Positions 1 through 10,069 of a stretch of DNA of 46,043 nt are shown piece after piece. Source of the DNA: an uncultured Eubacteriales bacterium. GTDB taxonomy: Bacteria; Bacillota; Clostridia; UBA1212; CASDQQ01. Under the pieces are notes generated by a model that saw only the letters and a list, made by a program, of their open reading frames with translations, was not told the origin of the DNA and ran no database searches. The first letter of the stretch is position 1, and each line of letters starts with the position of its first letter. Made by a program: the position numbers and the translations under genes. Location: the NCBI GenBank assembly GCA_949282945.1, contig CASDQQ010000047.1:1-46043 (forward strand), written 5' to 3'.

Positions 1-1
1 A

Positions 2-169
2 AACGGAATAAGGCTTGGGGAGAACCTGGCGGCGCTGAGTTTTCCAAATGGAGAGAACGGAAGATCGCAGGAAATAGACTGTCCTAAACTCAAAAAGCGT
101 CTTAAAGAGATAGTAAATGGAATAGTGCCCGGGGATGTTGAGAACTGCGGATTGAAAATTATGAGTTAA
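2..169 (+). CDS. 3' end of an unidentified CDS entering from upstream of the window (partial)
   Basis: Frame 2 is open from base 2 to TAA at 167-169 (55 codons ending GIVPGDVENCGLKIMS*). The other two + frames hit stops within about 90 nt. No family recognised. Confidence 0.3.
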   Translation, partial: NGIRLGENLAALSFPNGENGRSQEIDCPKLKKRLKEIVNGIVPGDVENCGLKIMS

Positions 170-634
170 AGAAATAAAGTGGGTATATTGGCAGTATTTC
201 GTGAACGTGCGAAAACTTTTCTGTAAATTAAAATTTATAGACTTTTTCACACAGGTAATTTCGTCACGATCTTACAAAAAAAATTGCCTTCAACAAGTTA
301 CAAGTGTACAAAGATACATTATCTATATGATAAAAAATGATTTTCATATACCTCAAGGACTTTTGTAGGATTGTCAAACATACGCTGCAAGTACTGAGCA
401 AAATTATTTAGCGTCTGCTTCCCATTGTGTTCCTGTATAAAAAAATGAATTATTTTATGCCATATACATGCAATTACAAGTGTGCCTGAAAGAGTTTAGG
501 CTTGCCTCTTATTGTAAACCTACAAAAAATAAAAATGACTATACAGATAATTTACTTGATTTATATATATGGAAAATGGTAAATTATATATTATCAGCAA
601 CAGGCTTTTTATTAAGATAGAATAGGAGGAATTT

Positions 635-2425
635 ATGAAAAAATTCAAATTGATCGCGGCGGCATTTTTAGTTATTGTTTTTTCAGTCATATCAATGACC
701 GCCTGCCATAATAATGAAAATGAAAAACCTCAGAACGCGGCGGGGCTTGTATATCCGGAGGTAAATCCGGAGGACGATATATTGGAGAGATTGGAAAATT
801 CCCAGACAATATATGTGATAAAGCCCAGTATGAGAGGCATTACGGGAAAGGCTATGACAAGCGCCGAAAAAATGCTTTTGCAGAGTTTGCAGGGTATAGT
901 AGCGCAGCGCCAGGCCGAGATATATTTGGGATCCGCGAGCGATAAATTTTTAAAATACGCTAAAATCAAATATAATCTTACCCTGGATGACGGAAAATAT
1001 GTGTATTATGTGGATGAGAATGGTGAAGAACAAAAGAGAGATTCCGATACCGCATGGCTTGAGAATTTGGGGACCCTTATAAATCACTATGTTGAAACTG
1101 GAGATATCCAGGGTTATGTAAAACTTAAGTATGAAGAAGGAAGATATAACGAGCTTGAAAATCAATCAAATCAGGCAAGTACTTTAGCCGGAGTATACAG
1201 ATACATAATGGTAGCAGAATCGGTAGAAGAAGATCTGAACTCGGTATGCCCGGATGTAAAATGCGGAAGGGATATCTCTACTACAAATATAACTCAGTAT
1301 GAAATTTTCAAAGAATGCGAAGATTTGATAAATAAAAATGTCCTGATAATGCAGGCGGCTCCCAGAGTAGAAAACTTAAGAGAGTACGGTATAGCGGTAA
1401 AGGCGGGATTCTATTTTTACAATGAAGGAGATCCTGAGGAAGAAAGAGACTACGTATATTCTAGTTTAAACGATATGGCCAATGCTTTTGGTTGGGAACA
1501 GATAGATACTGTTGAAGATGGAGTAAAAATAGGTATGACAGAGGATCCCTCGGTTAACTTTGCGTCCCAAAGGAATGTAAACGTATTCGCTGCAGACTGG
1601 TGCTCCAATCTCAGTGTATGGATGTCCATGCCGGTAGAAAAGGTAGAACAGGTTGACTATAAAAAGCTTTCTACCGATGAAGAACAGGTACATTATGTAA
1701 CGATGCTCATGAGCGATGGCGATAATATACAGTGGACTACGGGTACAGGCTTTACAAATGACTTTTTCCTTGGAACAAAAGCCGATAAAAAGGAGATGCC
1801 TTTTGGTTGGACTCTGACAGCATCTATGGCGGAAGTAGCGCCCAGTACATTAGCATATATATACGAAAATATGATCGATATTGAAAACTTTGTATGCTCG
1901 GTATCCGGATACGCATATAGCCACCCGGCTCATTTTACAGATGAAGCTCTGGCTCTGTTCGCGAGAAATACCGCGGTCATGATGGGCAAAGCGGATATGT
2001 CGCTTATTGCTATGAAAGGCGTTAATGAAAAGGTTATGAATGCTTTTTCTGATCAGGAAGAAATAGAAGGCGGATTTGTAATGTACGGATGTGACAGCGG
2101 AAGAGGCGGAGAAATCTATTGGGCGAACGGAAAGCCTTTTGTTCACGACAGATATATATTCTGGAAGGACAGCGGCGAGTCGAGGGATCCGGAATATATA
2201 GCTAAAAGGATAGTTCAGCTTAGGGATCTTTCTACTGATAAGACCCAGTCTTCATGCTATTCATTTATACAGGTACACTGTTGGTCTTATAAATATGCGG
2301 ATGTAGTAAAATTGTTCTATAATAATATATCGGATTCTGATAACATAAAGGTAGTTACTCCGGCCGAAATGATAGATCTGATAAAAGCCAATGTGGAACC
2401 TGCGGATAAGGGATATACAAAATGA
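635..2425 (+). CDS. Secreted lipoprotein, GxGYxYP-family putative glycoside hydrolase
   Basis: 596-aa ORF with GGAGG just upstream. Lipoprotein signal ends ...VISMTAC. The family-defining GxGYxYP motif is present as SGYAYSHP. Confidence 0.75.
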   Translation: MKKFKLIAAAFLVIVFSVISMTACHNNENEKPQNAAGLVYPEVNPEDDILERLENSQTIYVIKPSMRGITGKAMTSAEKMLLQSLQGIVAQRQAEIYLGSASDKFLKYAKIKYNLTLDDGKYVYYVDENGEEQKRDSDTAWLENLGTLINHYVETGDIQGYVKLKYEEGRYNELENQSNQASTLAGVYRYIMVAESVEEDLNSVCPDVKCGRDISTTNITQYEIFKECEDLINKNVLIMQAAPRVENLREYGIAVKAGFYFYNEGDPEEERDYVYSSLNDMANAFGWEQIDTVEDGVKIGMTEDPSVNFASQRNVNVFAADWCSNLSVWMSMPVEKVEQVDYKKLSTDEEQVHYVTMLMSDGDNIQWTTGTGFTNDFFLGTKADKKEMPFGWTLTASMAEVAPSTLAYIYENMIDIENFVCSVSGYAYSHPAHFTDEALALFARNTAVMMGKADMSLIAMKGVNEKVMNAFSDQEEIEGGFVMYGCDSGRGGEIYWANGKPFVHDRYIFWKDSGESRDPEYIAKRIVQLRDLSTDKTQSSCYSFIQVHCWSYKYADVVKLFYNNISDSDNIKVVTPAEMIDLIKANVEPADKGYTK

Positions 2426-3165
2426 TAAATAAACAGATCGATATAGGAAACGCTTTACTTACCACATATATAATAGGGAATAGTAAGGATATGGATATAA
2501 AAAGAAGACGTCCGGCGATCCTTATTTTTCCGGGCGGAGGATATGAGTTCATATCTGAAAGAGAATCGGAACCTCCGGCGCTTGCTTTTATGGCAAAAGG
2601 ATATAATACATTTGTCCTTAAATATTCAGTGTCTCCGGAGGCGCGATTTCCTGTCCAGCTTAACCAGGCGGAGGCAGCTCTTGCTTATATAAGAGAAAAT
2701 GCCGATGAGCTCAACACGGACCCTAACGCTGTGGTGGTAATGGGTTTTTCGGCGGGAGGACATTTAGCCGGCTCCCTATCGTTAATGGGAAAGATACGTC
2801 CGGACGCTATGGTTTTATGTTATCCTGTAATTACAAGCGGAGAGTTCGCCCATAGGGATTCTTTTAAGGCTTTGGGGAAAAATATATCCTTGGAGGAATA
2901 TGTATCTGAAGACACCCCTCCTGCGTTTTTATGGCATACCTATGACGACGGGTGCGTTCCTGTGGAAAATTCTTTTAAAATGGCGGAGGCGCTAAAAAGG
3001 AAAAATGTTCCTTTTGAACTTCATATTTTTGACGGGGGAGGACATGGAATGTCCACGTGCAGTATAGAATCTGAAGGAAGCAAGGATTCTCCGAATATTA
3101 ATCCTCATGTGGGAAAATGGATAGAGCTTTGCGCTGAATGGCTTAACAAAGTATTAAAAGTATAG
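2422..3165 (+). CDS. Alpha/beta-hydrolase fold esterase (acetyl-esterase/lipase-like)
   Basis: ATGA start/stop overlap with the upstream gene. Oxyanion-hole block FPGGGY, nucleophile elbow GFSAGGH (GxSxG) and late GGGHG histidine block. Confidence 0.8.
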   Translation: MINKQIDIGNALLTTYIIGNSKDMDIKRRRPAILIFPGGGYEFISERESEPPALAFMAKGYNTFVLKYSVSPEARFPVQLNQAEAALAYIRENADELNTDPNAVVVMGFSAGGHLAGSLSLMGKIRPDAMVLCYPVITSGEFAHRDSFKALGKNISLEEYVSEDTPPAFLWHTYDDGCVPVENSFKMAEALKRKNVPFELHIFDGGGHGMSTCSIESEGSKDSPNINPHVGKWIELCAEWLNKVLKV

Positions 3166-3195
3166 GTTTTGCGCAAACAGCGAACCGGGGTGTTA

Positions 3196-3236
3196 AAACG
3201 GCCGCTACTTTAAAAGAGGGCGGCCGTATGTTTTAT
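3196..3236 (+). terminator. Probable intrinsic terminator after the esterase gene
   Basis: ACGGCCGC (3198-3205) pairs with GCGGCCGT (3220-3227), followed by ATGTTTTAT. Confidence 0.5.
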
Positions 3237-3274
3237 AAATTAAAAATTGTAGACAGGACAGGAGAACGCGATAT

Positions 3275-4693
3275 ATGGAAAAGAACAGACCAAATCTGAT
3301 TTATGTATTTGCCGATCAGCTGAGGCTGCAAAGCTTAGGATACGCCGGAGATACAAAAGCTAAAACGCCAAATATAGACGAGCTTGCCGGAGAATGCCTG
3401 AATATATGCAACGCTGTGTCGGGACATCCGGTGTGCGCGCCTTACAGAGCGTCGTTATTTACCGGGAAATATACTACAAGTACGGGTATGGTCATAAATG
3501 AAATACGGCTGAATCCCAACCATAAATCTATAGCTCATGTATTTAACGACGCGGGATATAATACGGCTTATATAGGCAAATGGCATATGTATGCAAATGA
3601 ATGGGGAAATCATTACGATGTGAAAAATTCATTTATTCCCAAAGGGGAAAACAGGTTGGGCTTTAACGGATTTTTTGCGGCATACAATTTTCACCATGAG
3701 TATTACGGAGAACATGCCTACTATCATCTGGACAATAGCGAGAAAATCTATTGCGACGGCTATGAGCCGGATGTTCAGACGGATATGGCCATAAAAAAAA
3801 TAGAGGAGTTGGCGGCGGAAGATAAACCATTTGCAATGTTTTTATCTTTAGGAACACCGCATGATCCGTGGGTGCCGGAAAATGTGCCTGAAGAATATTT
3901 GAAATTATTTAAAGATATTGATTTTGATCTGCCTGAAAATTATATGCCGGAAAATGATCCTCACGCGGACGCGTGGGCAAGGCTCAGTCCCAGAGAACGT
4001 GAAGAACTGCCCCAATGGATGAAGGTCTATTATGCTATGACCGCCAACCTTGATTATAATATAGGAAGGCTAAACGATCGGCTTAAAGAAATGGGAATAC
4101 TGGAAAATACTATATTTATTTTTACTTCCGACCACGGGGAACTTTTTGGGGCTCATGGGAGAAGAGCCAAAAATATTTTTTATGAAGAAGCGGTAAGAGT
4201 ACCGTTTTTAATGAAGTGGGGCTCGGTATTGAGTGCGGGGAATTGCGATGTGTGTCTAAATACTGTAGATATAATGCCAACGCTTTTAAAATTGATGAAT
4301 TTGCCTATACCTGAAGAGGTGGAGGGAAGGGACCTTTCTGATAAAATTATGGGAAGGAAAAATGCTTTTGAGCCGGACGGAGCTTTACTGATGGGTACGG
4401 GAGCAACAGCCGACTGGGAAGACGGACATGAATGGCGCGCGTACAGAACAAAAGAATATACATATGCTAAATATCTTTCAGACGGAAAGGAATTTTTGTT
4501 TAATAATATAAAGGATCCTCTTCAGAAGGAAAACCTCGCGGACAATGAAGCTTATTCTCATATACTTTTACAGCTTAAGAATATGATGAAAAAGGAAATG
4601 GAAAGGATAAACGATAATTTCTATCCAAGTTCCTACTATAAAGAAAACTGGGTTACGAAAGACAGGATAATAACAAAAACAAAAGCAGAGTAA
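3275..4693 (+). CDS. Sulfatase (Cys-type, formylglycine-dependent arylsulfatase family)
   Basis: 472-aa ORF. Sulfatase signature C-x-P-x-R seen as CAPYRASLFTGK. Further family blocks GKWH and TSDHGE. No signal peptide visible. Confidence 0.85.
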   Translation: MEKNRPNLIYVFADQLRLQSLGYAGDTKAKTPNIDELAGECLNICNAVSGHPVCAPYRASLFTGKYTTSTGMVINEIRLNPNHKSIAHVFNDAGYNTAYIGKWHMYANEWGNHYDVKNSFIPKGENRLGFNGFFAAYNFHHEYYGEHAYYHLDNSEKIYCDGYEPDVQTDMAIKKIEELAAEDKPFAMFLSLGTPHDPWVPENVPEEYLKLFKDIDFDLPENYMPENDPHADAWARLSPREREELPQWMKVYYAMTANLDYNIGRLNDRLKEMGILENTIFIFTSDHGELFGAHGRRAKNIFYEEAVRVPFLMKWGSVLSAGNCDVCLNTVDIMPTLLKLMNLPIPEEVEGRDLSDKIMGRKNAFEPDGALLMGTGATADWEDGHEWRAYRTKEYTYAKYLSDGKEFLFNNIKDPLQKENLADNEAYSHILLQLKNMMKKEMERINDNFYPSSYYKENWVTKDRIITKTKAE

Positions 4694-4763
4694 TAATATA
4701 ATGTTATAATATAAAGTTTAACGGAATCTTCTGCCGCGGGTAGTTTTGAAAAGAGGAGAAAAT

Positions 4764-5513
4764 ATGGAATATTTTAAATGCGTTATCTGTTTTCTGTGCT
4801 TATGTATAATTTTGGGAGGCTGTGCAAAAATGGACGAAAATGATAAACAAAGTTCAAAAACACCGGAAATCATTGAGAACGCTTCTCAGGAAACGCCAAG
4901 GGAACATTCTCTTGAAGGAATGACGTTATTTTTCTTAGGATCTTCAGTTACGTATGGCTCTGCCGCGGGCGGAAGATCTTTTGTGGATATTATTGAAAAT
5001 AATAATGCTTGTACATGTATTAAAGAAGCGGTATCTGGAACCACTTTGGCAGATGGTGGACAAGATTCTTACGTACAAAGGCTTATAAGAAGCTCGAGAA
5101 GATATGACGCGGTAGATCATTTTATTTGTCAGCTTTCGACCAATGACGCCAGCCAGGGAAAGCCTCTGGGAAAAGTAAGCGGATCTAAAGATCCCGAAAG
5201 CTTTGATACATCCACGGTAACAGGAGCTATGGAGTATATTATTGCATTTGTGAAAGACAAATGGAATTGTCCCGTTACATTTTATACAGGAACATATTAT
5301 GACAGCTCCAACTATCAGAAAATGGTGGATGTACTCTATGAGCTGCAGGAAAAGTGGGGAATAGGCATAATAGACATGTGGAATGATGAAGATATGAGAA
5401 ATATTGATAAAGAGCTTTACAATAAATATATGGACGACGAAATACATCCTACGGCTCTGGGATACGAAGAGTGGTGGACTCCGGTCATTGAAAAATATCT
5501 TAAGACTCACTGA
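4764..5513 (+). CDS. SGNH/GDSL-family hydrolase lipoprotein
   Basis: The ORF track starts at TTG 4746, but ATG 4764 sits 5 nt after AAGAGGAG. Lipobox LGGCAK. SGNH blocks FFLGSSVTYG (Ser), GTT, STNDA and DEIHPT (D-x-x-H). Confidence 0.8.
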   Translation: MEYFKCVICFLCLCIILGGCAKMDENDKQSSKTPEIIENASQETPREHSLEGMTLFFLGSSVTYGSAAGGRSFVDIIENNNACTCIKEAVSGTTLADGGQDSYVQRLIRSSRRYDAVDHFICQLSTNDASQGKPLGKVSGSKDPESFDTSTVTGAMEYIIAFVKDKWNCPVTFYTGTYYDSSNYQKMVDVLYELQEKWGIGIIDMWNDEDMRNIDKELYNKYMDDEIHPTALGYEEWWTPVIEKYLKTH

Positions 5514-5583
5514 CATCGACAAAAATTTAAAGACATGATATAATATCTCATTAAAACATAAGTTTTAGGGAGGCGTTTACACT

Positions 5584-6426
5584 ATGTATAAAATAGTAAG
5601 GAAAGAGATTCTTAACCCAACTGTTACGCTTATGGAAATTTACGCGCCGCTGATAGCGGCTAAAGCTGAACCGGGGCAGTTTATAATTCTCAGAGTCAAT
5701 GGGGACGGAGAGAGAATACCCCTTACGGTAGCCGATTTTAACAGGGATACCGGAACTGTAACGATCATTTTTCAAATAATAGGAGCCACTACGGCTCAGC
5801 TCAACAATCTTGAAGAGGGTCAATATATACAGGATTTTGTAGGGCCATTGGGAACCCCCACACATACGGAGGGACTTAGAAAGGTTGCCGTAATAGGCGG
5901 AGGCGTAGGCTCGGCAATAGCCTATCCGGTAGCAAAGAAGCTGCACGGACAGGGATGTGAAGTACACTCTATAACAGGTTTCAGAAATAAAGATCTTGTT
6001 ATACTGGAAAAAGAATTTAATAAAATAAGTGAAAAATATATACTTGTAACAGATGACGGCAGCCGAGGGAAAAAGGGTATGGTAACGGACGCTTTAAAAG
6101 AACTGATAGAAAGCGGGGAAAAATATGACCAGGTTATCGCAATAGGACCTCTTATCATGATGAAATTTGTATGTAAGCTTACAAAAGAATATGGGATAAA
6201 GACGGTGGTTTCTATGAATCCAATAATGATAGATGGTACGGGTATGTGCGGCGGATGCCGTTTAACAGTAGGCGGCGAGACGAAATTTGCCTGTGTGGAC
6301 GGACCCGACTTTGACGGACATTTGGTGGATTTTGACGAAGCTATGGCGCGGTCCGCAATGTATAGGGATTTTGAGGCTGACCAAAGAGAGAAAAATTGCA
6401 GATTGTTTAAAAAGGAGGAAGGTTAA
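5584..6426 (+). CDS. nfnA: NfnA-like FAD/NAD(P)-binding, 2Fe-2S ferredoxin-NADP reductase subunit (sulfide/dihydroorotate dehydrogenase-like)
   Basis: 280 aa with AGGGAGG RBS. FNR-like RIPLTVAD and GGGVGSA blocks. C-terminal Cys cluster CGGCRLTVGGETKFACVDGP. Directly followed by the GltD-like partner. Confidence 0.7.
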   Translation: MYKIVRKEILNPTVTLMEIYAPLIAAKAEPGQFIILRVNGDGERIPLTVADFNRDTGTVTIIFQIIGATTAQLNNLEEGQYIQDFVGPLGTPTHTEGLRKVAVIGGGVGSAIAYPVAKKLHGQGCEVHSITGFRNKDLVILEKEFNKISEKYILVTDDGSRGKKGMVTDALKELIESGEKYDQVIAIGPLIMMKFVCKLTKEYGIKTVVSMNPIMIDGTGMCGGCRLTVGGETKFACVDGPDFDGHLVDFDEAMARSAMYRDFEADQREKNCRLFKKEEG

Positions 6427-6427
6427 T

Positions 6428-7813
6428 ATGGCGAATATGTCTTTAAAGAAAAATAAAATGCCTGTTCAGAAGCCTGAAGAAAGAACCTGTAATTTTGACG
6501 AGGTAGCTTTGGGGTATTCAGAAGAGCAGGCTTTAAATGAGGCGGAAAGATGTCTTAACTGCAAAAATAAGCCCTGTGTGAAAGGCTGTCCTGTTGCGGT
6601 ACAGATACCTGAGTTTATAGAAAGAATAAGAAATAAAGATTTTGAAGGAGCTTATTCTATAATATCGGAAACAAGTTCTCTTCCGGCGATATGCGGCAGA
6701 GTATGTCCTCAGGAAAATCAATGTGAAAAATACTGTGTAAGAGGTATAAAAGGCGAACCTGTGGGGATAGGAAGACTGGAAAGATTTGCGGCTGACAGGC
6801 ATAACGAGGACTTTGAAGCTAAGCCGGAAAAACCTGCTTCAAACGGCAAAAAGATTGCGGTCATAGGTTCTGGCCCGGCAGGCCTTACCTGCGCCGGAGA
6901 TTTAGCTAAAAAGGGATATGAGGTCACCATATTTGAAGCCTTGCATATGGCGGGAGGAGTGTTGGTTTACGGCATACCGGAATTCAGGCTTCCTAAAGAT
7001 ATCGTAAGCAGGGAAATCGATAACTTGAAAGCTTTAGGAGTTAAGATCGAGACCAACATGGTGATAGGAAAGATACTGTCTGTCGACGAGCTTATGGAGA
7101 AAGGATTTGACGCTGTTTTTATAGGAACCGGAGCCGGACTTCCAAGATTTATGGGTATAAAGGGCGAAAATCTTAAGGGGGTTTATTCGGCCAATGAGTT
7201 TTTGACAAGGGTAAACCTTATGAAAGCCTATAAAGAGGACAGCGTTACCCCGATATACAGAGGAAAAAACGTAGCCGTAGTAGGCGGTGGAAATGTAGCC
7301 ATGGACGCCGCGAGGTGCGCTAAAAGACTTGGGGCCCAGTCTGTAAGTATAGTTTACCGACGCTCTGAGGCGGAGCTGCCGGCAAGGGCTGAAGAAGTAG
7401 AACATGCTAAAGAAGAAGGTATAATTTTTAAAGTCCTTACAAACCCTGTTGAATTGCTACCCGACGATAAAGGCGGCGTGCAGAAGATCAGATGCGTTGA
7501 AATGGAGCTTGGAGAGCCTGACGCTTCCGGACGAAGGCGGCCAATTGAAAAAGAGAATTCTACTTTTGATATGGACGCGGATTGTGTTATTATGGCTATA
7601 GGGACCTCCCCGAATCCTTTGATCAAAAATACTACTAAAGGGCTAGAAACAAATAGGCAAGGATGTATAGTGACAAAGGATGAGAGCGGACTTACTTCTA
7701 AAGAGAATGTTTACGCGGGAGGAGACGCTGTAACAGGGGCGGCGACGGTAATCCTGGCTATGGGCGCCGGAAAATCGGCCGCGGAAGCCATTGACGCTAA
7801 GCTTAAAGGATAA
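6428..7813 (+). CDS. nfnB: NfnB / GltD-like NADPH-dependent oxidoreductase (glutamate synthase small-chain family)
   Basis: The in-frame ATG at 6428 lies 1 nt after the nfnA stop; the track start at 6287 lies inside nfnA. Cys motifs CLNCKNKPCVKGCP and CGRVCPQENQCEKYC. Two dinucleotide folds, VIGSGPAGL and VVGGGNVAMD. Confidence 0.8.
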   Translation: MANMSLKKNKMPVQKPEERTCNFDEVALGYSEEQALNEAERCLNCKNKPCVKGCPVAVQIPEFIERIRNKDFEGAYSIISETSSLPAICGRVCPQENQCEKYCVRGIKGEPVGIGRLERFAADRHNEDFEAKPEKPASNGKKIAVIGSGPAGLTCAGDLAKKGYEVTIFEALHMAGGVLVYGIPEFRLPKDIVSREIDNLKALGVKIETNMVIGKILSVDELMEKGFDAVFIGTGAGLPRFMGIKGENLKGVYSANEFLTRVNLMKAYKEDSVTPIYRGKNVAVVGGGNVAMDAARCAKRLGAQSVSIVYRRSEAELPARAEEVEHAKEEGIIFKVLTNPVELLPDDKGGVQKIRCVEMELGEPDASGRRRPIEKENSTFDMDADCVIMAIGTSPNPLIKNTTKGLETNRQGCIVTKDESGLTSKENVYAGGDAVTGAATVILAMGAGKSAAEAIDAKLKG

Positions 7814-7820
7814 TATTTTT

Positions 7821-7877
7821 AACGGTCTTACTGGATATATGTTTGAAAAAACAAAAAGTAAGACCGTTTTGATTTTT
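7821..7877 (+). terminator. Intrinsic terminator after nfnB
   Basis: AACGGTCTTACT (7821-7832) pairs with AGTAAGACCGTT (7857-7868), followed by TTGATTTTT. Confidence 0.7.
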
Positions 7878-7949
7878 ATAGAAAAAACTTTTGGATTTTC
7901 AGTAAAAATATTTTTTTGAAGAGCTAAAAAGCCTGGGAATGCACGGGAT

Positions 7950-7978
7950 TTGCTATAAAGAGCAATATATGATATAAT
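7950..7978 (+). promoter_or_regulatory. Sigma-A type promoter for the YabE-like gene
   Basis: TTGCTA (7950-7955), 17-nt spacer, TATAAT (7973-7978). Confidence 0.55.
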
Positions 7979-8022
7979 CAAAGAACATATATGGCGATAT
8001 GCCCATAAAGGAGACCTTGATT

Positions 8023-9462
8023 GTGAATGAAAAATTAAAAATCTGTCTGAAAAACAGCGCTTACGGATTTCTGTTCGCGATACTTGCAGTCGGATTGATA
8101 GCCGTTGCAGTCGTGATTGGAAACGGGATTTTACAAAAGAGTATCTACACGGTAAACATATATGACGACGGGACTTTAATAGAACTCAGGACCACAAGCC
8201 TTTCCGTAAAAGAGGCTTTGAAAAACGCGGGAATAACCGTTGGTGAATATGATGAGATAAGCATTGATGAGAACGGCACAATGGAAGCCGGGGATACGAA
8301 TATCTATATAAACAGAGCTAAAAAAGTTAATATAAATATAAACGGGGATGAAAAAGAGGTATATACGTTAAAAGATTCCGTAGGGGACGTTTTGGCGGAA
8401 AATGATCTTCAGGTAAATACTTATGATTACATCAATACCTTTTCGGAGGCGCCTCTTTCATACTGTGAAAATTCCATTGTATATAAACAGGCTTTGCCCA
8501 TTACTTTGAATATCGACGGGGACCAGACCGTGGTATATTCTACTAAGAATACCATAGGAGAGGTTCTTGAAGAAAACGGGATATATGTAAATGATGACGA
8601 TTTTGTAAATCAAAAACCTTCCGACACGATAGATCTTGCGAATACCGAGATATCTATAGTTACGGCGCATAATGTTACTCTTAAATATGACGGAAAAAGC
8701 GAGAAAATAAGTACGCAGGCCAAGACTGTAGAGGAGCTTTTAAACGAAAGAGGAGTAAAGCTTTCAAGACTTGATAAAATGGCCAATGGAATTACCGTTA
8801 ATACCAAGATAAAAGAGGGAATGATAATTTCCGTAATAAGAGTGGAAGAAAAAACGGTAACCGAAACGGTTACGCTCAGCTATAAAACGGTAACACAAAA
8901 AACCAGTTCACTTTTAAAAGATTTCAGAAAAGTAATTTCAAAGGGATCTAACGGCCAAAGAGTAGATACCTACACTGTTGTGACTGAAAACGGAAAGCAG
9001 GTAAGCAGAACGCTTACTAAATCTGTAGTTACAAAACAGCCGGTTGACGCCGTCACACAGGTTGGAACCAAGACGTATACCACGTTTAGTTCGGCGTTTA
9101 AGCTAAAACACAGCTATTCAAAGGTACTGGATGTTTCAGCGGTAGCGTATAATCTGGAGGCTATGACAAACAGGCCGGTTACCGATCCTAATTACGGAAT
9201 TACGGCCAATGGATCGAAAGTAAGAGCAGGAATAATAGCGGTCGATAAAAGTGTAATACCATTGGGAACCAAAGTTTATGTGGAGATAGTGAACGGTAAC
9301 GACTACGGATACGCTATAGCCGCGGATGTGGGAGTAAGCGGATATACGGTAGATCTGTATCTTAATTCCAAATCGGAATGTATAAACTTTGGAAGAAGAA
9401 AGGCAAAAGTATATATACTTAAGGATCAAAGCGTAGACGTATTCGCTTTGAGAGGCGGATGA
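8023..9462 (+). CDS. YabE-like cell-wall protein (TM anchor, DUF348 repeats, G5 domain, C-terminal 3D/RlpA-like domain)
   Basis: The ORF track starts at ATG 7999 with no RBS. GTG 8023 follows AAGGAGA by about 8 nt. N-terminal TM segment, repeated V.I..DG...V modules and a G5-like VIRVEEKTVTETV...GSNGQRVDTY. 3D-domain tail: TANGSKVRAGIIAVD...YAIAADVG. Confidence 0.8.
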   Translation: MNEKLKICLKNSAYGFLFAILAVGLIAVAVVIGNGILQKSIYTVNIYDDGTLIELRTTSLSVKEALKNAGITVGEYDEISIDENGTMEAGDTNIYINRAKKVNININGDEKEVYTLKDSVGDVLAENDLQVNTYDYINTFSEAPLSYCENSIVYKQALPITLNIDGDQTVVYSTKNTIGEVLEENGIYVNDDDFVNQKPSDTIDLANTEISIVTAHNVTLKYDGKSEKISTQAKTVEELLNERGVKLSRLDKMANGITVNTKIKEGMIISVIRVEEKTVTETVTLSYKTVTQKTSSLLKDFRKVISKGSNGQRVDTYTVVTENGKQVSRTLTKSVVTKQPVDAVTQVGTKTYTTFSSAFKLKHSYSKVLDVSAVAYNLEAMTNRPVTDPNYGITANGSKVRAGIIAVDKSVIPLGTKVYVEIVNGNDYGYAIAADVGVSGYTVDLYLNSKSECINFGRRKAKVYILKDQSVDVFALRGG

Positions 9463-9515
9463 AATAAGTATCATTGAAAAACGGATAAAATTTATCGAAA
9501 AACGATAAAAATGTA

Positions 9516-9544
9516 TTGACATACAGAAAATATAAATATATAAT
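9516..9544 (+). promoter_or_regulatory. Consensus sigma-A promoter of the DUF2975/HTH/membrane-protein operon
   Basis: TTGACA (9516-9521), 17-nt spacer, TATAAT (9539-9544). Confidence 0.7.
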
Positions 9545-9577
9545 CCTTTCAGGCAGCTGTTTGAAAGGATTTTTATT

Positions 9578-10060
9578 ATGAAAAACGCAAAGGTATTAAA
9601 AAGTAAAGTATTATCTCAGATATTGGAAATTTTTATAATAATAGCGATGGTATCGGCGGTTGTGATTATGATCTTACTGCCCTTTACCCTTAAGGACGTG
9701 ATTCACTATATGGGGAGAGGCGAAATATACGATAAACAGGGGAATTATATTTTTCTGATAGTATGTCTTTATCCGGCGATCATTTCAGGAACCATGATAT
9801 TAGAGCAGCTGAGAAAAATTTTTAGAAAGGTAAAACACGGGACCCCATTTTGTAACACCGTGTCCAAAGGACTAAATCATATATGTATGTATTCTTCGGC
9901 TATAGCGGCCATAACCCTGATAAAGTTTATTGTAATTCCCGGGATCATAACGTTTTTTATAATAGCCGCGTTTTTAGTGGCGGCTCTGAGTGCTTTTGTG
10001 CTGGCGGAGGTTTTTGAAAGAGCTATAGAAATAAAAAATGAAAATGATCTTACGATATAG
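9578..10060 (+). CDS. DUF2975-type small integral membrane protein (YoaS-like)
   Basis: 160 aa with four hydrophobic spans. Immediately upstream of a YozG-like HTH gene, the usual partner of this family. Family assignment is from memory. Confidence 0.6.
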   Translation: MKNAKVLKSKVLSQILEIFIIIAMVSAVVIMILLPFTLKDVIHYMGRGEIYDKQGNYIFLIVCLYPAIISGTMILEQLRKIFRKVKHGTPFCNTVSKGLNHICMYSSAIAAITLIKFIVIPGIITFFIIAAFLVAALSAFVLAEVFERAIEIKNENDLTI

Positions 10061-10069
10061 GAGGGCAAA

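Noticed and set aside
325-500. Open - strand frame in the 465-nt upstream gap (...QEHNGKQTLNNFAQYLQRMFDNPTKVLEVYENHFLSYR*) and a repeated decamer TTACAAGTGT (about 297 and about 471).
   Set aside because: The only in-frame ATG gives 20 aa, there is no RBS and no family is recognised. It may be a gene remnant, and a single 10-nt repeat pair is within chance expectation for AT-rich DNA.
4944-5967. Long - strand ORFs 4944..5522 (192 aa) and 5551..5967 (138 aa).
   Set aside because: They lie antisense to the well-supported SGNH hydrolase and nfnA genes. They have no RBS and odd, low-complexity composition, so they are most likely shadow ORFs.
6287-6427. N-terminal extension of the nfnB ORF back to 6287.
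   Set aside because: The extension overlaps the 3' end of nfnA in another frame. ATG 6428 lies 1 nt after the nfnA stop and gives the normal length of about 460 aa.
7878-8022. c-di-AMP (ydaO-type) riboswitch upstream of the YabE-like cell-wall gene, a common association in Firmicutes.
   Set aside because: A good promoter at 7950-7978 leaves a leader of only about 40 nt. None of the conserved ydaO sequence blocks is visible.
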